This document shows, piece by piece, positions 48,968 to 57,416 of a stretch of 64,000 bases of DNA (the first letter of the stretch is position 1; each line of letters starts with the position of its first letter). The notes under the pieces are model-generated. The model was not told the DNA's origin. It ran no database searches and saw nothing but the letters and a program-made list of their open reading frames with translations. This DNA comes from Candidatus Fermentithermobacillaceae bacterium (GTDB lineage Bacteria > Bacillota > Sulfobacillia > Fermentithermobacillales > Fermentithermobacillaceae). The translations under genes were made by a program, and so were the position numbers. The DNA lies in NCBI GenBank assembly GCA_012842425.1, contig DUSU01000047.1, forward strand, positions 1,632 through 65,631, in the 5' to 3' direction.

Positions 48968-49729
48968 ATGCTGAGAGCACTATGGACAGGGGCTACGGGG
49001 ATGACCTCCCAACAGCTCCTCATTGACACAATATCCAACAACCTTGCCAACGTGAACACAACCGGGTTCAAGAGACAGAGAATCCAGTTCCAAGACCTTT
49101 ATTACGAGAACATACACGTCGGGATCTCCTCCAGCGCCGAAGTGGGAAGCGGTTCCCGCGTCGTAGCCACCGACAGGAGCTTCCGGCAGGGCAACCTGGA
49201 ACCCACCAACGACCCGCTGTCGGTAGCCATAGAGGGACCTGGGTTCTTCACCGTTGAGACTGTGACCGGTACGGCGTATACCAGAGACGGGTCTTTCAGG
49301 TTGGATGCCCAGGGACGTCTGGTGAACGCCTCCGGGTATGTTGTCACCTCGGACGGAACGGCCATTGAGATCCCCAGGAACGCTACCGACCTTGGGATTT
49401 CCGAAAACGGCGTAATCTTCGGCAGGGTCGACGGAGTGTTTGAGGAATTCGGCCGACTCCAGATAGCGGTATTCGCCAACCCGCAGGGCCTGGAAGCTAC
49501 GGGAGGCAACTTGTTCAGAGTCACTCCCATGTCCGGTGAACCGGAGCTCCTTACCCCGGGAGAGGACGGGGCAGGTATCCTGCGAGGCGGCTACATAGAG
49601 ACGTCTAACGTTGAAATCGTGACCGAAATGGTCAATCTGATAGTGGCTCAAAGGGCATTTGAGCTCAACTCAAAGACCATTGAGACGGCGGACCAGATGT
49701 GGGGCATCGCCAACAACGTCAAGCGGTAG
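48968..49729 (+). CDS. flgG: Flagellar basal-body rod protein FlgG (FlhP-type)
   Basis: ALWTGATGMTSQQLLIDTISNNLANVNTTGFKRQR...SNVEIVTEMVNLIVAQRAFELNSKTI, the classic FlgG termini. Confidence 0.85.
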   Translation: MLRALWTGATGMTSQQLLIDTISNNLANVNTTGFKRQRIQFQDLYYENIHVGISSSAEVGSGSRVVATDRSFRQGNLEPTNDPLSVAIEGPGFFTVETVTGTAYTRDGSFRLDAQGRLVNASGYVVTSDGTAIEIPRNATDLGISENGVIFGRVDGVFEEFGRLQIAVFANPQGLEATGGNLFRVTPMSGEPELLTPGEDGAGILRGGYIETSNVEIVTEMVNLIVAQRAFELNSKTIETADQMWGIANNVKR

Positions 49730-49848
49730 GAGACCAACCAGGGAGAGTAGTTGCCAGGCTTTTTTGTAAGCGCCGCGCTTACGCCGCGTACTGAAGGGTA
49801 GTACTCAAGCAGACTGTTGAAAGAGATTACTGAAGGAGAGTCCCGGCT

Positions 49849-50115
49849 GTGAAGGTTCAAAACGCTATCCAAACGGCAAATGTCCCCGAGCCGGACCGGG
49901 GGAAGAATGACTCCAAACTGTATAAGACCTGCCAGGATTTCGAATCTGTATTTCTGTCAATGATATGGAAAGAAATGCAGAAGTCATCCGGCGTCGACCT
50001 TGGTCTCTATGGAGCCTTTGCCGAGGGAGCGATAGGCCAGAGCTGGGCCAAGTCAGGTGGAATTGGCCTGGCGAAGGTTCTCTACAAGAGCATGTCGAAA
50101 CATCTCTCGGATTGA
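49849..50115 (+). CDS. Flagellar rod-binding protein (FlgJ N-terminal-domain-like)
   Basis: The FESVFLSMIWKEMQKS motif of the Rod_binding family. It lies immediately after the rod genes. Confidence 0.55.
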   Translation: MKVQNAIQTANVPEPDRGKNDSKLYKTCQDFESVFLSMIWKEMQKSSGVDLGLYGAFAEGAIGQSWAKSGGIGLAKVLYKSMSKHLSD

Positions 50116-50182
50116 CTCTTCAATAAAGCGGCGTCCCGGGTGAGGGCGCCCGTTCGGGAGATGGTAAGCGTTGGACCCAAGT

Positions 50183-50602
50183 ATGCACCTGGCCCCTGAG
50201 GAGATACTGCCTCACCGGCCGCCTTTTCTTTTTATCTCCAGAATCATATCCATTGAGCCCGAGAAGGGCGCGGTGGCGGAGTACGACGTCCCCCATGATC
50301 TTTCCATCCTCCGGGGGCATTTTCCGGGGTATCCTATCTTGCCGGGCGTGATAGTATTGGAGATGCTTGCGCAGACAGGAGCTCTGGCCATCCTGTCCCG
50401 AGAGGAGTTCAAGGGAAAGCTGGCGTATCTCGCAGGCGTCGATTCCGCGCGTTTCCGTCGGCCCGTGAGTCCGGGGGATACCCTGAGGGCCGAGATGACA
50501 ATGGATTCAATGCGCCTCAATGTAGGCAGGGCGCGGGGGAGAGTCACAGTGGACGGCGAGGAGGTAGCTAGGGCTACCATCTTGTTCGCAATCCAGAAGT
50601 AA
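50183..50602 (+). CDS. fabZ: 3-hydroxyacyl-ACP dehydratase FabZ
   Basis: LPHRPPFLFISRI...HFPGYPILPGVIVLEMLAQTG is the hotdog FabZ signature, with the catalytic His in HFPG. The position after flhP matches B. subtilis. Confidence 0.9.
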   Translation: MHLAPEEILPHRPPFLFISRIISIEPEKGAVAEYDVPHDLSILRGHFPGYPILPGVIVLEMLAQTGALAILSREEFKGKLAYLAGVDSARFRRPVSPGDTLRAEMTMDSMRLNVGRARGRVTVDGEEVARATILFAIQK

Positions 50603-50661
50603 GACAGTATTGAGCCAGGACTAAGTCGAAGCAAGCCGGAAGTATAAGGGAGGTGTTCTTG

Positions 50662-51849
50662 ATGCCCACCATTGGAGAAGGGGTGCGCCTGTTTACCTCG
50701 GAGTCTGTGACCGAGGGACATCCCGATAAGGTTGCTGACCGGATCGCCGATGCCATCCTAGACAGGATTCTCGAGAAGGACCCCCTGGCCCGAGTGGCGT
50801 GCGAGTGTATGGTCAAGACAGGATTTGTTCTGGTGGCCGGTGAGATTTCCACCGAGTGTTATGTGGATATGCCCCAGATAGTGCGAGATACGTTGAGGAC
50901 CATCGGCTACACACGGGCTAAGTTCGGTTTTGACTCGGAGACCTGCGCTGTCCTTACGGCGATAGAAGAACAATCACCAGATATAGCCCTGGGCGTTGAC
51001 AAATCCCTTGAATCCAAGGAGGGCGAAATGCCCGATACTCTTGGCGCAGGCGACCAGGGAATGATGTTTGGGTACGCCATCGATGAGACTCCTGGCTTTA
51101 TGCCAATGCCGATTTATCTGGCCAATATCATGGCCCGCAGGCTGGCCGATGTTAGGCGTAACGGCACTATCCCCTACTTGAGGCCCGATGGAAAGACCCA
51201 GGTAACCCTCGAGTACGTTGATGGAAAACCCGTCAGAGTACATACGGTCGTGGTTTCGGCCCAGCATGCGAGCGATGTTACCTTGGAGCAGGTACGTGAG
51301 GATGTCCTCAACCACGTGATAAAGCCGGTCATACCTCCCGGGATGATGGACTCCCGCACGAGAGTCCTGGTTAACGCCACGGGACGGTTTGTTGTCGGAG
51401 GGCCTCAGGGCGATTGCGGGCTCACCGGACGCAAGATAATTGTCGACACCTACGGCGGGTTCGCCAGGCACGGCGGCGGAGCTTTTTCGGGGAAGGACCC
51501 GTCCAAGGTGGACCGCAGCGGGGCCTACGCCGCGCGATATGCCGCTAAGAACATCGTTGCGGCGGGTCTCGCCAAAGAGTGCGAGGTCCAGGTGGCATAC
51601 GTGATCGGAGTGGCCCGTCCGGTGTCGCTCTACGTCGACACGAAGGGCACCGGAAAGGTTCCCGACCAGAGGATTCTTGATGCCCTCACCAAGTCCATGG
51701 ACTTCAGGCCCGCAGCCATCATAGAACGAATGGAACTCCGGAGGCCCATCTACGAAGCAGTATCGGCGTACGGACACTTTGGCAGAAACGATCTCGATCT
51801 CCCGTGGGAGAGACTGGATCTTAAGGATGAACTGCTGAAACACATATAG
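50662..51849 (+). CDS. metK: S-adenosylmethionine synthase
   Basis: [25 protein letters not shown]...[23 protein letters not shown] are the MetK signature motifs. RBS AAGGGAGGTG. Confidence 0.9.
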   Translation: MPTIGEGVRLFTSESVTEGHPDKVADRIADAILDRILEKDPLARVACECMVKTGFVLVAGEISTECYVDMPQIVRDTLRTIGYTRAKFGFDSETCAVLTAIEEQSPDIALGVDKSLESKEGEMPDTLGAGDQGMMFGYAIDETPGFMPMPIYLANIMARRLADVRRNGTIPYLRPDGKTQVTLEYVDGKPVRVHTVVVSAQHASDVTLEQVREDVLNHVIKPVIPPGMMDSRTRVLVNATGRFVVGGPQGDCGLTGRKIIVDTYGGFARHGGGAFSGKDPSKVDRSGAYAARYAAKNIVAAGLAKECEVQVAYVIGVARPVSLYVDTKGTGKVPDQRILDALTKSMDFRPAAIIERMELRRPIYEAVSAYGHFGRNDLDLPWERLDLKDELLKHI

Positions 51850-51903
51850 ACCGCTGAGCTTCCCCCCGGGGCATTTTCATACAATGCTCCGGGGGGAGGC
51901 AGT
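51850..51903 (+). promoter_or_regulatory. Long GC hairpin after metK that overlaps the RBS of the downstream ORF
   Basis: CCCCCCGGGGCAT-tttcataca-ATGCTCCGGGGGG (13-bp stem, 1 mismatch). No U-tract follows. The 3' arm includes GGGGGAGG, the apparent RBS of the ORF starting at 51904. Confidence 0.4.
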
Positions 51904-52233
51904 ATGCAACCTCAGAAAATCGCGCTTCTGATACTAATGATCCTCAGCCTAGTCGAGTTGTTGTCGTGCGCCGGTCGCCGGCAAAGGGTACGCCCGGCCG
52001 GACTCAGAATACTTATAAAGGCAAGAGAACGTCCTCAGTTGGCTGAAGGACTTGTCCGATATCTCATGTGGGAACTGGCGGTTTGGAGAGGACTGGACGT
52101 AGAGGTGATCCTTGAGATCGATTCCTCGTGCGCTCCTCGCGAGGAGATGAAGGCCGTCCAGGCGATCTTGTTGGAGGAAGGGCTGCTCAGTCCGGCTCGC
52201 GATCTTGTGCCCGACTTGGTCTTTATCGTATAG
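51904..52233 (+). CDS. Hypothetical protein (occupies the position upstream of comFC)
   Basis: A 109-codon ORF with a good RBS but no confident family assignment. Confidence 0.3.
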   Translation: MQPQKIALLILMILSLVELLSCAGRRQRVRPAGLRILIKARERPQLAEGLVRYLMWELAVWRGLDVEVILEIDSSCAPREEMKAVQAILLEEGLLSPARDLVPDLVFIV

Positions 52234-52290
52234 CGCAGACCGTCTCGTTTAGGTGATGGGCTATAAGAGCAAGACGACCGGAGGGAGGAC

Positions 52291-53091
52291 TTGAGGACGA
52301 TCAAGAGGATTGAGCTACGGTCTCGCCTGAAACGGCTTGCCGACTGGCTTACGGGTCTCATATTCGGCACGCCTTCTCAATGCGCCCTTTGCGGAGAGGC
52401 TATGCCCCGGCGGGGAGGACTCCGCTTCGGGCGGGAAGACAGGGAGAAGCCCTTTTCTCTCGACGATCCGCCCGGTATCTGTGATTCTTGCCTGGACAAG
52501 CTCTCTCAGCAGATGTCATGGGTCTGTGAAGTATGTGGGGCCCCCCTCAGACCGCCCCTCCGGGTGTGCCGCGACTGTCAGAAGTGCTTCTATACGTTTG
52601 ACGGCCAGCGTTCGGCCGCCATATACGATGGACACGTGAAAAGTGCCATAATCAGAATGAAGTACCAGGGTGAGCGTTGGCTCTCGAGACCGCTCGGATG
52701 GCTTGTAGCCCGGGCAGTCGGCGAGTTCTTGCCAGTGGACCTCGTGATCCCCATCCCTCTAGAACCCGGAAGCCGTACCCGCCGCGGCTACAATCAGGCA
52801 CTGGACCTGGCCAAGGAAGTCTCAAACCTACTGGAGGTCCCCCTTCTGGACATCCTGACACGCCACAAAAGGTACTCACATCAAGTCGATCTTGGACGAA
52901 AAATGAGATGGGGGAACTTGCAGGAATCAATGGTCGCAAGACACGAGATAAACCTGCGAGGCCAGAGATGTCTTCTGGTGGACGATGTTACAACTACCGG
53001 AGCGACTCTCGATGAGGCGGCCAGGGTGCTCAAGAAACTCGGTGCCGAGAAGGTTTACTGCGCGACGGTCGCCAGGACTCTGCGTCACTAG
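52291..53091 (+). CDS. comFC: ComF-family competence protein (ComFC-like, phosphoribosyltransferase fold with an N-terminal zinc finger)
   Basis: The double CxxC zinc ribbon (CALCGEAM...CDSCLDK...CEVCGAPL...CRDCQK) and the C-terminal PRTase motif LLVDDVTTTGATLDEAARVL. TTG start with RBS GGAGGGAGG. Confidence 0.8.
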   Translation: MRTIKRIELRSRLKRLADWLTGLIFGTPSQCALCGEAMPRRGGLRFGREDREKPFSLDDPPGICDSCLDKLSQQMSWVCEVCGAPLRPPLRVCRDCQKCFYTFDGQRSAAIYDGHVKSAIIRMKYQGERWLSRPLGWLVARAVGEFLPVDLVIPIPLEPGSRTRRGYNQALDLAKEVSNLLEVPLLDILTRHKRYSHQVDLGRKMRWGNLQESMVARHEINLRGQRCLLVDDVTTTGATLDEAARVLKKLGAEKVYCATVARTLRH

Positions 53092-53104
53092 GGAGGGAAG
53101 CAGG

Positions 53105-53524
53105 GTGAACCGAGACGTTCGAAACTGCCGTAGATGCGGAAAGATCATGATCTATGTGGGCATTCCCATATGTGAGGAGTGCCTCAAGAAAGAAGAAGAA
53201 TACTACGAGGTCGTAAGGCGCTACCTGGAAGAGCACCCGAGGTCCAGTGTAAGGGAGATTAGTGAAGCGACTGATATCCCCCCTGATGTCATTATGAAGT
53301 TCGTCCGGCAAGGCTCGCTTGTCGCGATGGCCACTGGATTGCTTTCCTGCGAGATATGTGGAAAGCCCATCCAGATGGGCCGGGTGTGTCCCGAATGCGC
53401 GGAAGAGCTGATGTCCGCCACGGGCAAGGCGTCGAAGAGATCCGGCCGCGACAAAACGGCCTCTAATGACAGGAGTCAGTCCAAGATGTACAGTATGGAT
53501 ATGATAGTACGAAGAAGAGGTTGA
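53105..53524 (+). CDS. YvyF-like flagellar-operon zinc-ribbon protein
   Basis: CRRCGKIM...CEEC...CEICGKPI...CPEC is the four-CxxC architecture of TIGR03826/YvyF. It sits between comFC and flgM as in B. subtilis. Confidence 0.6.
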   Translation: MNRDVRNCRRCGKIMIYVGIPICEECLKKEEEYYEVVRRYLEEHPRSSVREISEATDIPPDVIMKFVRQGSLVAMATGLLSCEICGKPIQMGRVCPECAEELMSATGKASKRSGRDKTASNDRSQSKMYSMDMIVRRRG

Positions 53525-53540
53525 CGGCGGACTACTGAGC

Positions 53541-53568
53541 TAAATCCCTAAGCAGGATTTCCGATTAA
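53541..53568 (+). promoter_or_regulatory. Sigma-D (sigma-28)-like promoter candidate upstream of flgM
   Basis: TAAA-N16-CCGATTAA against the consensus TAAA-N15-GCCGATAT. Confidence 0.35.
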
Positions 53569-53607
53569 TAACGTGGATACACGGGCATTCGAAAAGGATG
53601 ATGTCAC

Positions 53608-53907
53608 ATGATGATATCAAGGGCTCAGATTGGTCAGGTCCTGAAGATCTACGGATCGCAGGCTGTCCGGTCTTCGTCCAAAGCTCAGGCGGCTGGAGAT
53701 GTGGCGCCTAAGCAGGACAAGATCGTCCTTTCTGCCAGTCAAGAGGACCAGATGAGAGTCCGCCGTATTATCGACGACACTCCCGATATTCGCCTGGAAA
53801 AGGTTGAGGCCCTCAAAAAGCAGATAGAAGCGGGCACGTACAAGGTTGATCCTTCCGAAGTAGCCGACAAGATGCTTGGAAGGCTGCTGGCTGACCGCAT
53901 AAAATAG
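53608..53907 (+). CDS. flgM: Anti-sigma-28 factor FlgM
   Basis: About 99 aa; the C-terminal RLEKVEALKKQIEAGTYKVDPSEVADKML is the conserved FlgM sigma-28-binding region. Confidence 0.8.
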   Translation: MMISRAQIGQVLKIYGSQAVRSSSKAQAAGDVAPKQDKIVLSASQEDQMRVRRIIDDTPDIRLEKVEALKKQIEAGTYKVDPSEVADKMLGRLLADRIK

Positions 53908-53932
53908 CCCTCTCCGATTAGGAGTGCTCTCA

Positions 53933-54337
53933 ATGACAGAGTGGACCCTTAGCTTCATATTGCGTGAAATCGGTTCCGCGATTGACAAACTCATCGACCT
54001 CGCCGAGAAGAAGTCCGAGGCAATCGTGGACGGCGACATAGACCGGCTGAACGAACTGACGGCCGAAGAAGGGGTTGTGTCCCGGAGTCTTGCGTCTCTG
54101 GAGGACGAAAGGATAAGGCTCATGGGGTCGACCGGCGAGGATGACCCTGAGGTCGAGCAGCTCCGTCAGTCGCTTCGCGAGAAAGCGGATAAGATGAAAG
54201 CTCTCAATGAGCGGAATCAAGAGCTCCTGAAGCAGGGGCTCAGGCTTGTGGAGTTTGAGCTGAAACTGCTCATGCCTCAGCCTTCCTACAAGGGAACACC
54301 CGCGAAAGGACCCGTGGTTTTCGACCACAAGGTCTAG
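53933..54337 (+). CDS. flgN: FlgN-family flagellar export chaperone (YvyG-like)
   Basis: A small all-helical protein immediately upstream of flgK; LNELTAEEGVVSRSLASLEDERIRL fits the FlgN family. Confidence 0.6.
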   Translation: MTEWTLSFILREIGSAIDKLIDLAEKKSEAIVDGDIDRLNELTAEEGVVSRSLASLEDERIRLMGSTGEDDPEVEQLRQSLREKADKMKALNERNQELLKQGLRLVEFELKLLMPQPSYKGTPAKGPVVFDHKV

Positions 54338-54357
54338 GGTCTACGGGGGGAATACAC

Positions 54358-55746
54358 ATGTCAACCTTCTCCATGTTCGAGATCGGAAAGTCGGCCCTAA
54401 TCGCGACCAAGAAATCCATGGATGTAACGTCCCACAACATAGCCAACGCCGCAACTCCGGGTTACTCCAGGCAGGATGCGTTTCTCGAGCCAATCATACA
54501 AAGACAATCCCAGATGATATCAGGAGTAGGGGTGCGAGTCGCCGACATAAGGCGGACCAGGGATGTTTTTGTTGACGCTGTTCTAAGAAACGAAATCGGG
54601 AGAGAAGCCGCGTACTTGGTCCAGCAGGAAGTCCTGGACCACCTGCAGACGGCCGTCGCCGAGCCGGGCGACAACAGCGTCCGGGGCGCGATCGATTCTT
54701 TCTGGTCGGCTTGGCAGGACCTTTCCTCGGACCCCAATTCTCCGAGCGCCCGCGCGCAGCTAATGGAACGCGGCCGTTCTCTTGTGGACATGTTCAACCA
54801 TCTCGGAAGCCAGCTCGATTCGGTAAGCCACGATATTGATATCCACATTGAGTCGCTGGTTCTCCGCGTCAATGACCTGGCCGAGAGAGTTGCGGGGCTG
54901 AACGTAGAGATCGCCAGGGCCCTTGCTCGGCAGGAGCCGGCTGCGGACCTGATGGACCGCAGGGACTTGCTCCTCGACGAACTGGCAGAGCTCACCGGCG
55001 GTACAGTTTCATACTCAAACGAGGGGAACACGGTCCGGTTTACTGTCGGAGGCTTTCCTCTCGTAGACAGGGACAAGACCTACAAGCTAGATGTCTCGAT
55101 ATCGGGCCCCGAAACCCAGTTCACATGGAAGAGCTCTCCGGGAGATACCCCCCAGACAATTGCCAACATCGGAGGCAGACTGGGAGGTCTCAAGGCGGCC
55201 AAAGACAACCTTGTGCAAGATTTCAGGCAGCAGCTTGAGAAACTCTTTGGCGATATCGTGCGGAGCGTTAACTCTGTGCACGAAGATTGGGCCGGGGGCA
55301 TCCCGTTCTTCGTGACCTCTTCGCCCGGCGCATACCTCGGTTTTGTGGAGGTAAACCCGGACATAACGGCCGACCCTTCGCAGATCGTGTCTACGAGAGA
55401 CAATCCCGGCGACGTGGCCCACAAGATCGCCGAGCTCTTGGCGGACGGCTGTGAAGACCCGGACGATCCCGGGACGACAATATTGCCCTTCGTCGAGACA
55501 TGGACGGCCATGATGGGCGCGCTTGGCGCCAAGGCTCAGAAAGTTGAGACCGGCGTGATCACCCAAGGGCTCCTCGTTAAGGAACTGCGAAATCGCAGGG
55601 ACAGCATAAGCGGAGTATCGGTTGATGAAGAAGTCGCCCAACTTATTCGCCAGCAGCATGCGTTCAGCGCCGCGAGCCGCGTGATCACAATAGCGGACGA
55701 AGTCATCGACACCATCATCAACAGGATGGGACTCGCCGGACGATAA
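54358..55746 (+). CDS. flgK: Flagellar hook-associated protein 1 (FlgK)
   Basis: N-terminal rod/hook motif SALIATKKSMDVTSHNIANAATPGYSRQ and C-terminal EEVAQLIRQQHAFSAASRVITIADEV. Confidence 0.85.
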   Translation: MSTFSMFEIGKSALIATKKSMDVTSHNIANAATPGYSRQDAFLEPIIQRQSQMISGVGVRVADIRRTRDVFVDAVLRNEIGREAAYLVQQEVLDHLQTAVAEPGDNSVRGAIDSFWSAWQDLSSDPNSPSARAQLMERGRSLVDMFNHLGSQLDSVSHDIDIHIESLVLRVNDLAERVAGLNVEIARALARQEPAADLMDRRDLLLDELAELTGGTVSYSNEGNTVRFTVGGFPLVDRDKTYKLDVSISGPETQFTWKSSPGDTPQTIANIGGRLGGLKAAKDNLVQDFRQQLEKLFGDIVRSVNSVHEDWAGGIPFFVTSSPGAYLGFVEVNPDITADPSQIVSTRDNPGDVAHKIAELLADGCEDPDDPGTTILPFVETWTAMMGALGAKAQKVETGVITQGLLVKELRNRRDSISGVSVDEEVAQLIRQQHAFSAASRVITIADEVIDTIINRMGLAGR

Positions 55747-55767
55747 ACCCTCGAGGGGGCGTTCTGA

Positions 55768-56583
55768 ATGAGACTTACGGATGTATCCATTGAGAGGAAT
55801 TTCCTTTACAATGTAGGCTTCTCTGAGCGGAGGCTCCAGAAACTTCAGGACCAGGCTTCTTCGGGGAAGATCTTCAGTCGCCCACAAGATGATCCCTTGG
55901 GAGTCCAGCGTTCGATACTCCTCCGGCACCAGCTCGCCGAGACCACCCAGTACCTAAGGAACCTTGATAGGGCGCGCTCCTGGATGGAGCATGTTGAGGT
56001 CGGTCTCGGGCAGGTAACCGCTGCTCTCGAGCGGGTTTACGAACTCGCGATTTCCGCCGCGACCGATACGACCCCCAAGGACGCTAGAGAAGCGGTTGCT
56101 ATGGAAATCGAAGAGATAATGGATGAGATTGAGAGCATAAAGGCACTCAAGATCGAGGATAAGCAGGTCTTGGTCGGCGATATACCTACCTGGAACGTCG
56201 GAGACGGAGTCTCCGTGACTGCAGACGATCAGGAGTCGCTCTTCACAGGTATAGCGACTCACCTCCAAGCCTTGGTTGACGCCCTAAGGGCTGACCCTCC
56301 GGACGCCGGTGCGGTCAAGGCGACCATAGACCCAATCTCCCAGGACCTCGAGGCCGTGTTGTCGGCAAGGGCCAAGAACGGCGCCAGGATTCACCGCCTC
56401 GATGCGCTGGAAAGCAAGCTCCAGGGCCTTGATATTGAGTTCAAGCGACTGCTCTCAAACGTGGAAGATGTTGACCTCACCGAGGTGCTGGTCAAGCTGA
56501 AGTCGGCAGAAGCGTCTTATCAGGCAGCACTGGGAGCCGGTGCGAGACTCATCCAGCCTACCCTTCTGGACTACTTGAGGTAG
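55768..56583 (+). CDS. flgL: Flagellar hook-associated protein 3 (FlgL)
   Basis: Flagellin-like N-terminus (MRLTDVSIERNFLYNV...) and C-terminal DVDLTEVLVKLKSAEASYQAALGAGARLIQPTLLDYL. Confidence 0.8.
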   Translation: MRLTDVSIERNFLYNVGFSERRLQKLQDQASSGKIFSRPQDDPLGVQRSILLRHQLAETTQYLRNLDRARSWMEHVEVGLGQVTAALERVYELAISAATDTTPKDAREAVAMEIEEIMDEIESIKALKIEDKQVLVGDIPTWNVGDGVSVTADDQESLFTGIATHLQALVDALRADPPDAGAVKATIDPISQDLEAVLSARAKNGARIHRLDALESKLQGLDIEFKRLLSNVEDVDLTEVLVKLKSAEASYQAALGAGARLIQPTLLDYLR

Positions 56584-56606
56584 GCCCTATCTAGGAGGAA
56601 CCATCT

Positions 56607-57062
56607 ATGAAGATCCTCACTAAGAGATTCGGGTTGGTGGAAGTCGATCCCTCAAAGGTGCTGACCTTTCCCGAAGGTCTCATCGGGTTTTCCGAGTACA
56701 AAGACTACCTGGTGATCGACCTAGAGGGCGGCGACGGCTGCCTGAAACTCCTCCAGTCCCTCGATGAGCCGGCTTTGGAGTTTGTTATCCTAGAGCCCCG
56801 TGGGGTGTTCCTGGACTACGACCCGGTACTCTATCCCAACGACCTTGCAGGGCTGCAAGTTAGCTCCCCCGATGAGCTCATGCTGCTGGTTGTCGTCACA
56901 GTACCCAAGGACGTAAGGAAGATGACGGCTAACTTGCAGGCGCCTTTGGTGGTTAACCCCAAGAAAAGACTTGGCAAGCAGGTGGTAGTGGCTTCGCCGG
57001 AGTATACAACCAAACACAGTGTCTTGAAGGCTCTGGCAAGTCAGGTAAGAAGGACTGGTTAA
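56607..57062 (+). CDS. fliW: Flagellar assembly factor FliW
   Basis: DUF180/FliW signature (ILTKRFGLVEVDPSKVLTFPEGLIGF...FVILEP). It is immediately followed by csrA. Confidence 0.85.
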   Translation: MKILTKRFGLVEVDPSKVLTFPEGLIGFSEYKDYLVIDLEGGDGCLKLLQSLDEPALEFVILEPRGVFLDYDPVLYPNDLAGLQVSSPDELMLLVVVTVPKDVRKMTANLQAPLVVNPKKRLGKQVVVASPEYTTKHSVLKALASQVRRTG

Positions 57063-57065
57063 GCC

Positions 57066-57326
57066 GTGCTTGTTCTCACCCGCAAGAAGGGGCAAGCCAT
57101 CAAGATTGGCGACGACATAGTGGTGACGGTCATTGAAGTCAGGGGCCGGGGTGCCAAAGCCCTGGTGAAACTGGGTATTGAGGCGCCTGCCGGCACAAAA
57201 GTCCTCCGCGAAGAAGTCATAAAAGAAGTCGTGGATGAGATGGCTCTGGCCAGCGGGAGCGAGTTTGACCTCAACGAGCTCCAGGCAAAGATGAAGACCG
57301 CCAAGGAGCCCCAACCCCAATCCTAA
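57066..57326 (+). CDS. csrA: Carbon storage regulator CsrA
   Basis: MLVLTRKKGQAIKIGDDIVVTVIEVRG...VKLGIEAP is near-consensus CsrA; the long C-tail is typical of the FliW-regulated Firmicute type. Confidence 0.9.
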   Translation: MLVLTRKKGQAIKIGDDIVVTVIEVRGRGAKALVKLGIEAPAGTKVLREEVIKEVVDEMALASGSEFDLNELQAKMKTAKEPQPQS

Positions 57327-57350
57327 ACTCGACATTTTCCTTTCCGATAC
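57324..57350 (+). promoter_or_regulatory. Sigma-D-like promoter candidate for fliD-fliS-fliT
   Basis: TAAA (overlapping the csrA stop)-N16-CCGATAC against the consensus TAAA-N15-GCCGATAT. Confidence 0.35.
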
Positions 57351-57416
57351 CTTCTATGATCGACCCATATTCTCGTTCAGCGAAGCTTAACTGAAACGGG
57401 CGAGAGGTGAACTACC

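Noticed and set aside
50603-50661. Expected SAM (S-box) riboswitch upstream of metK
   Set aside because: Only 59 nt separate fabZ and metK, too short for an S-box, and no S-box conserved elements are visible.
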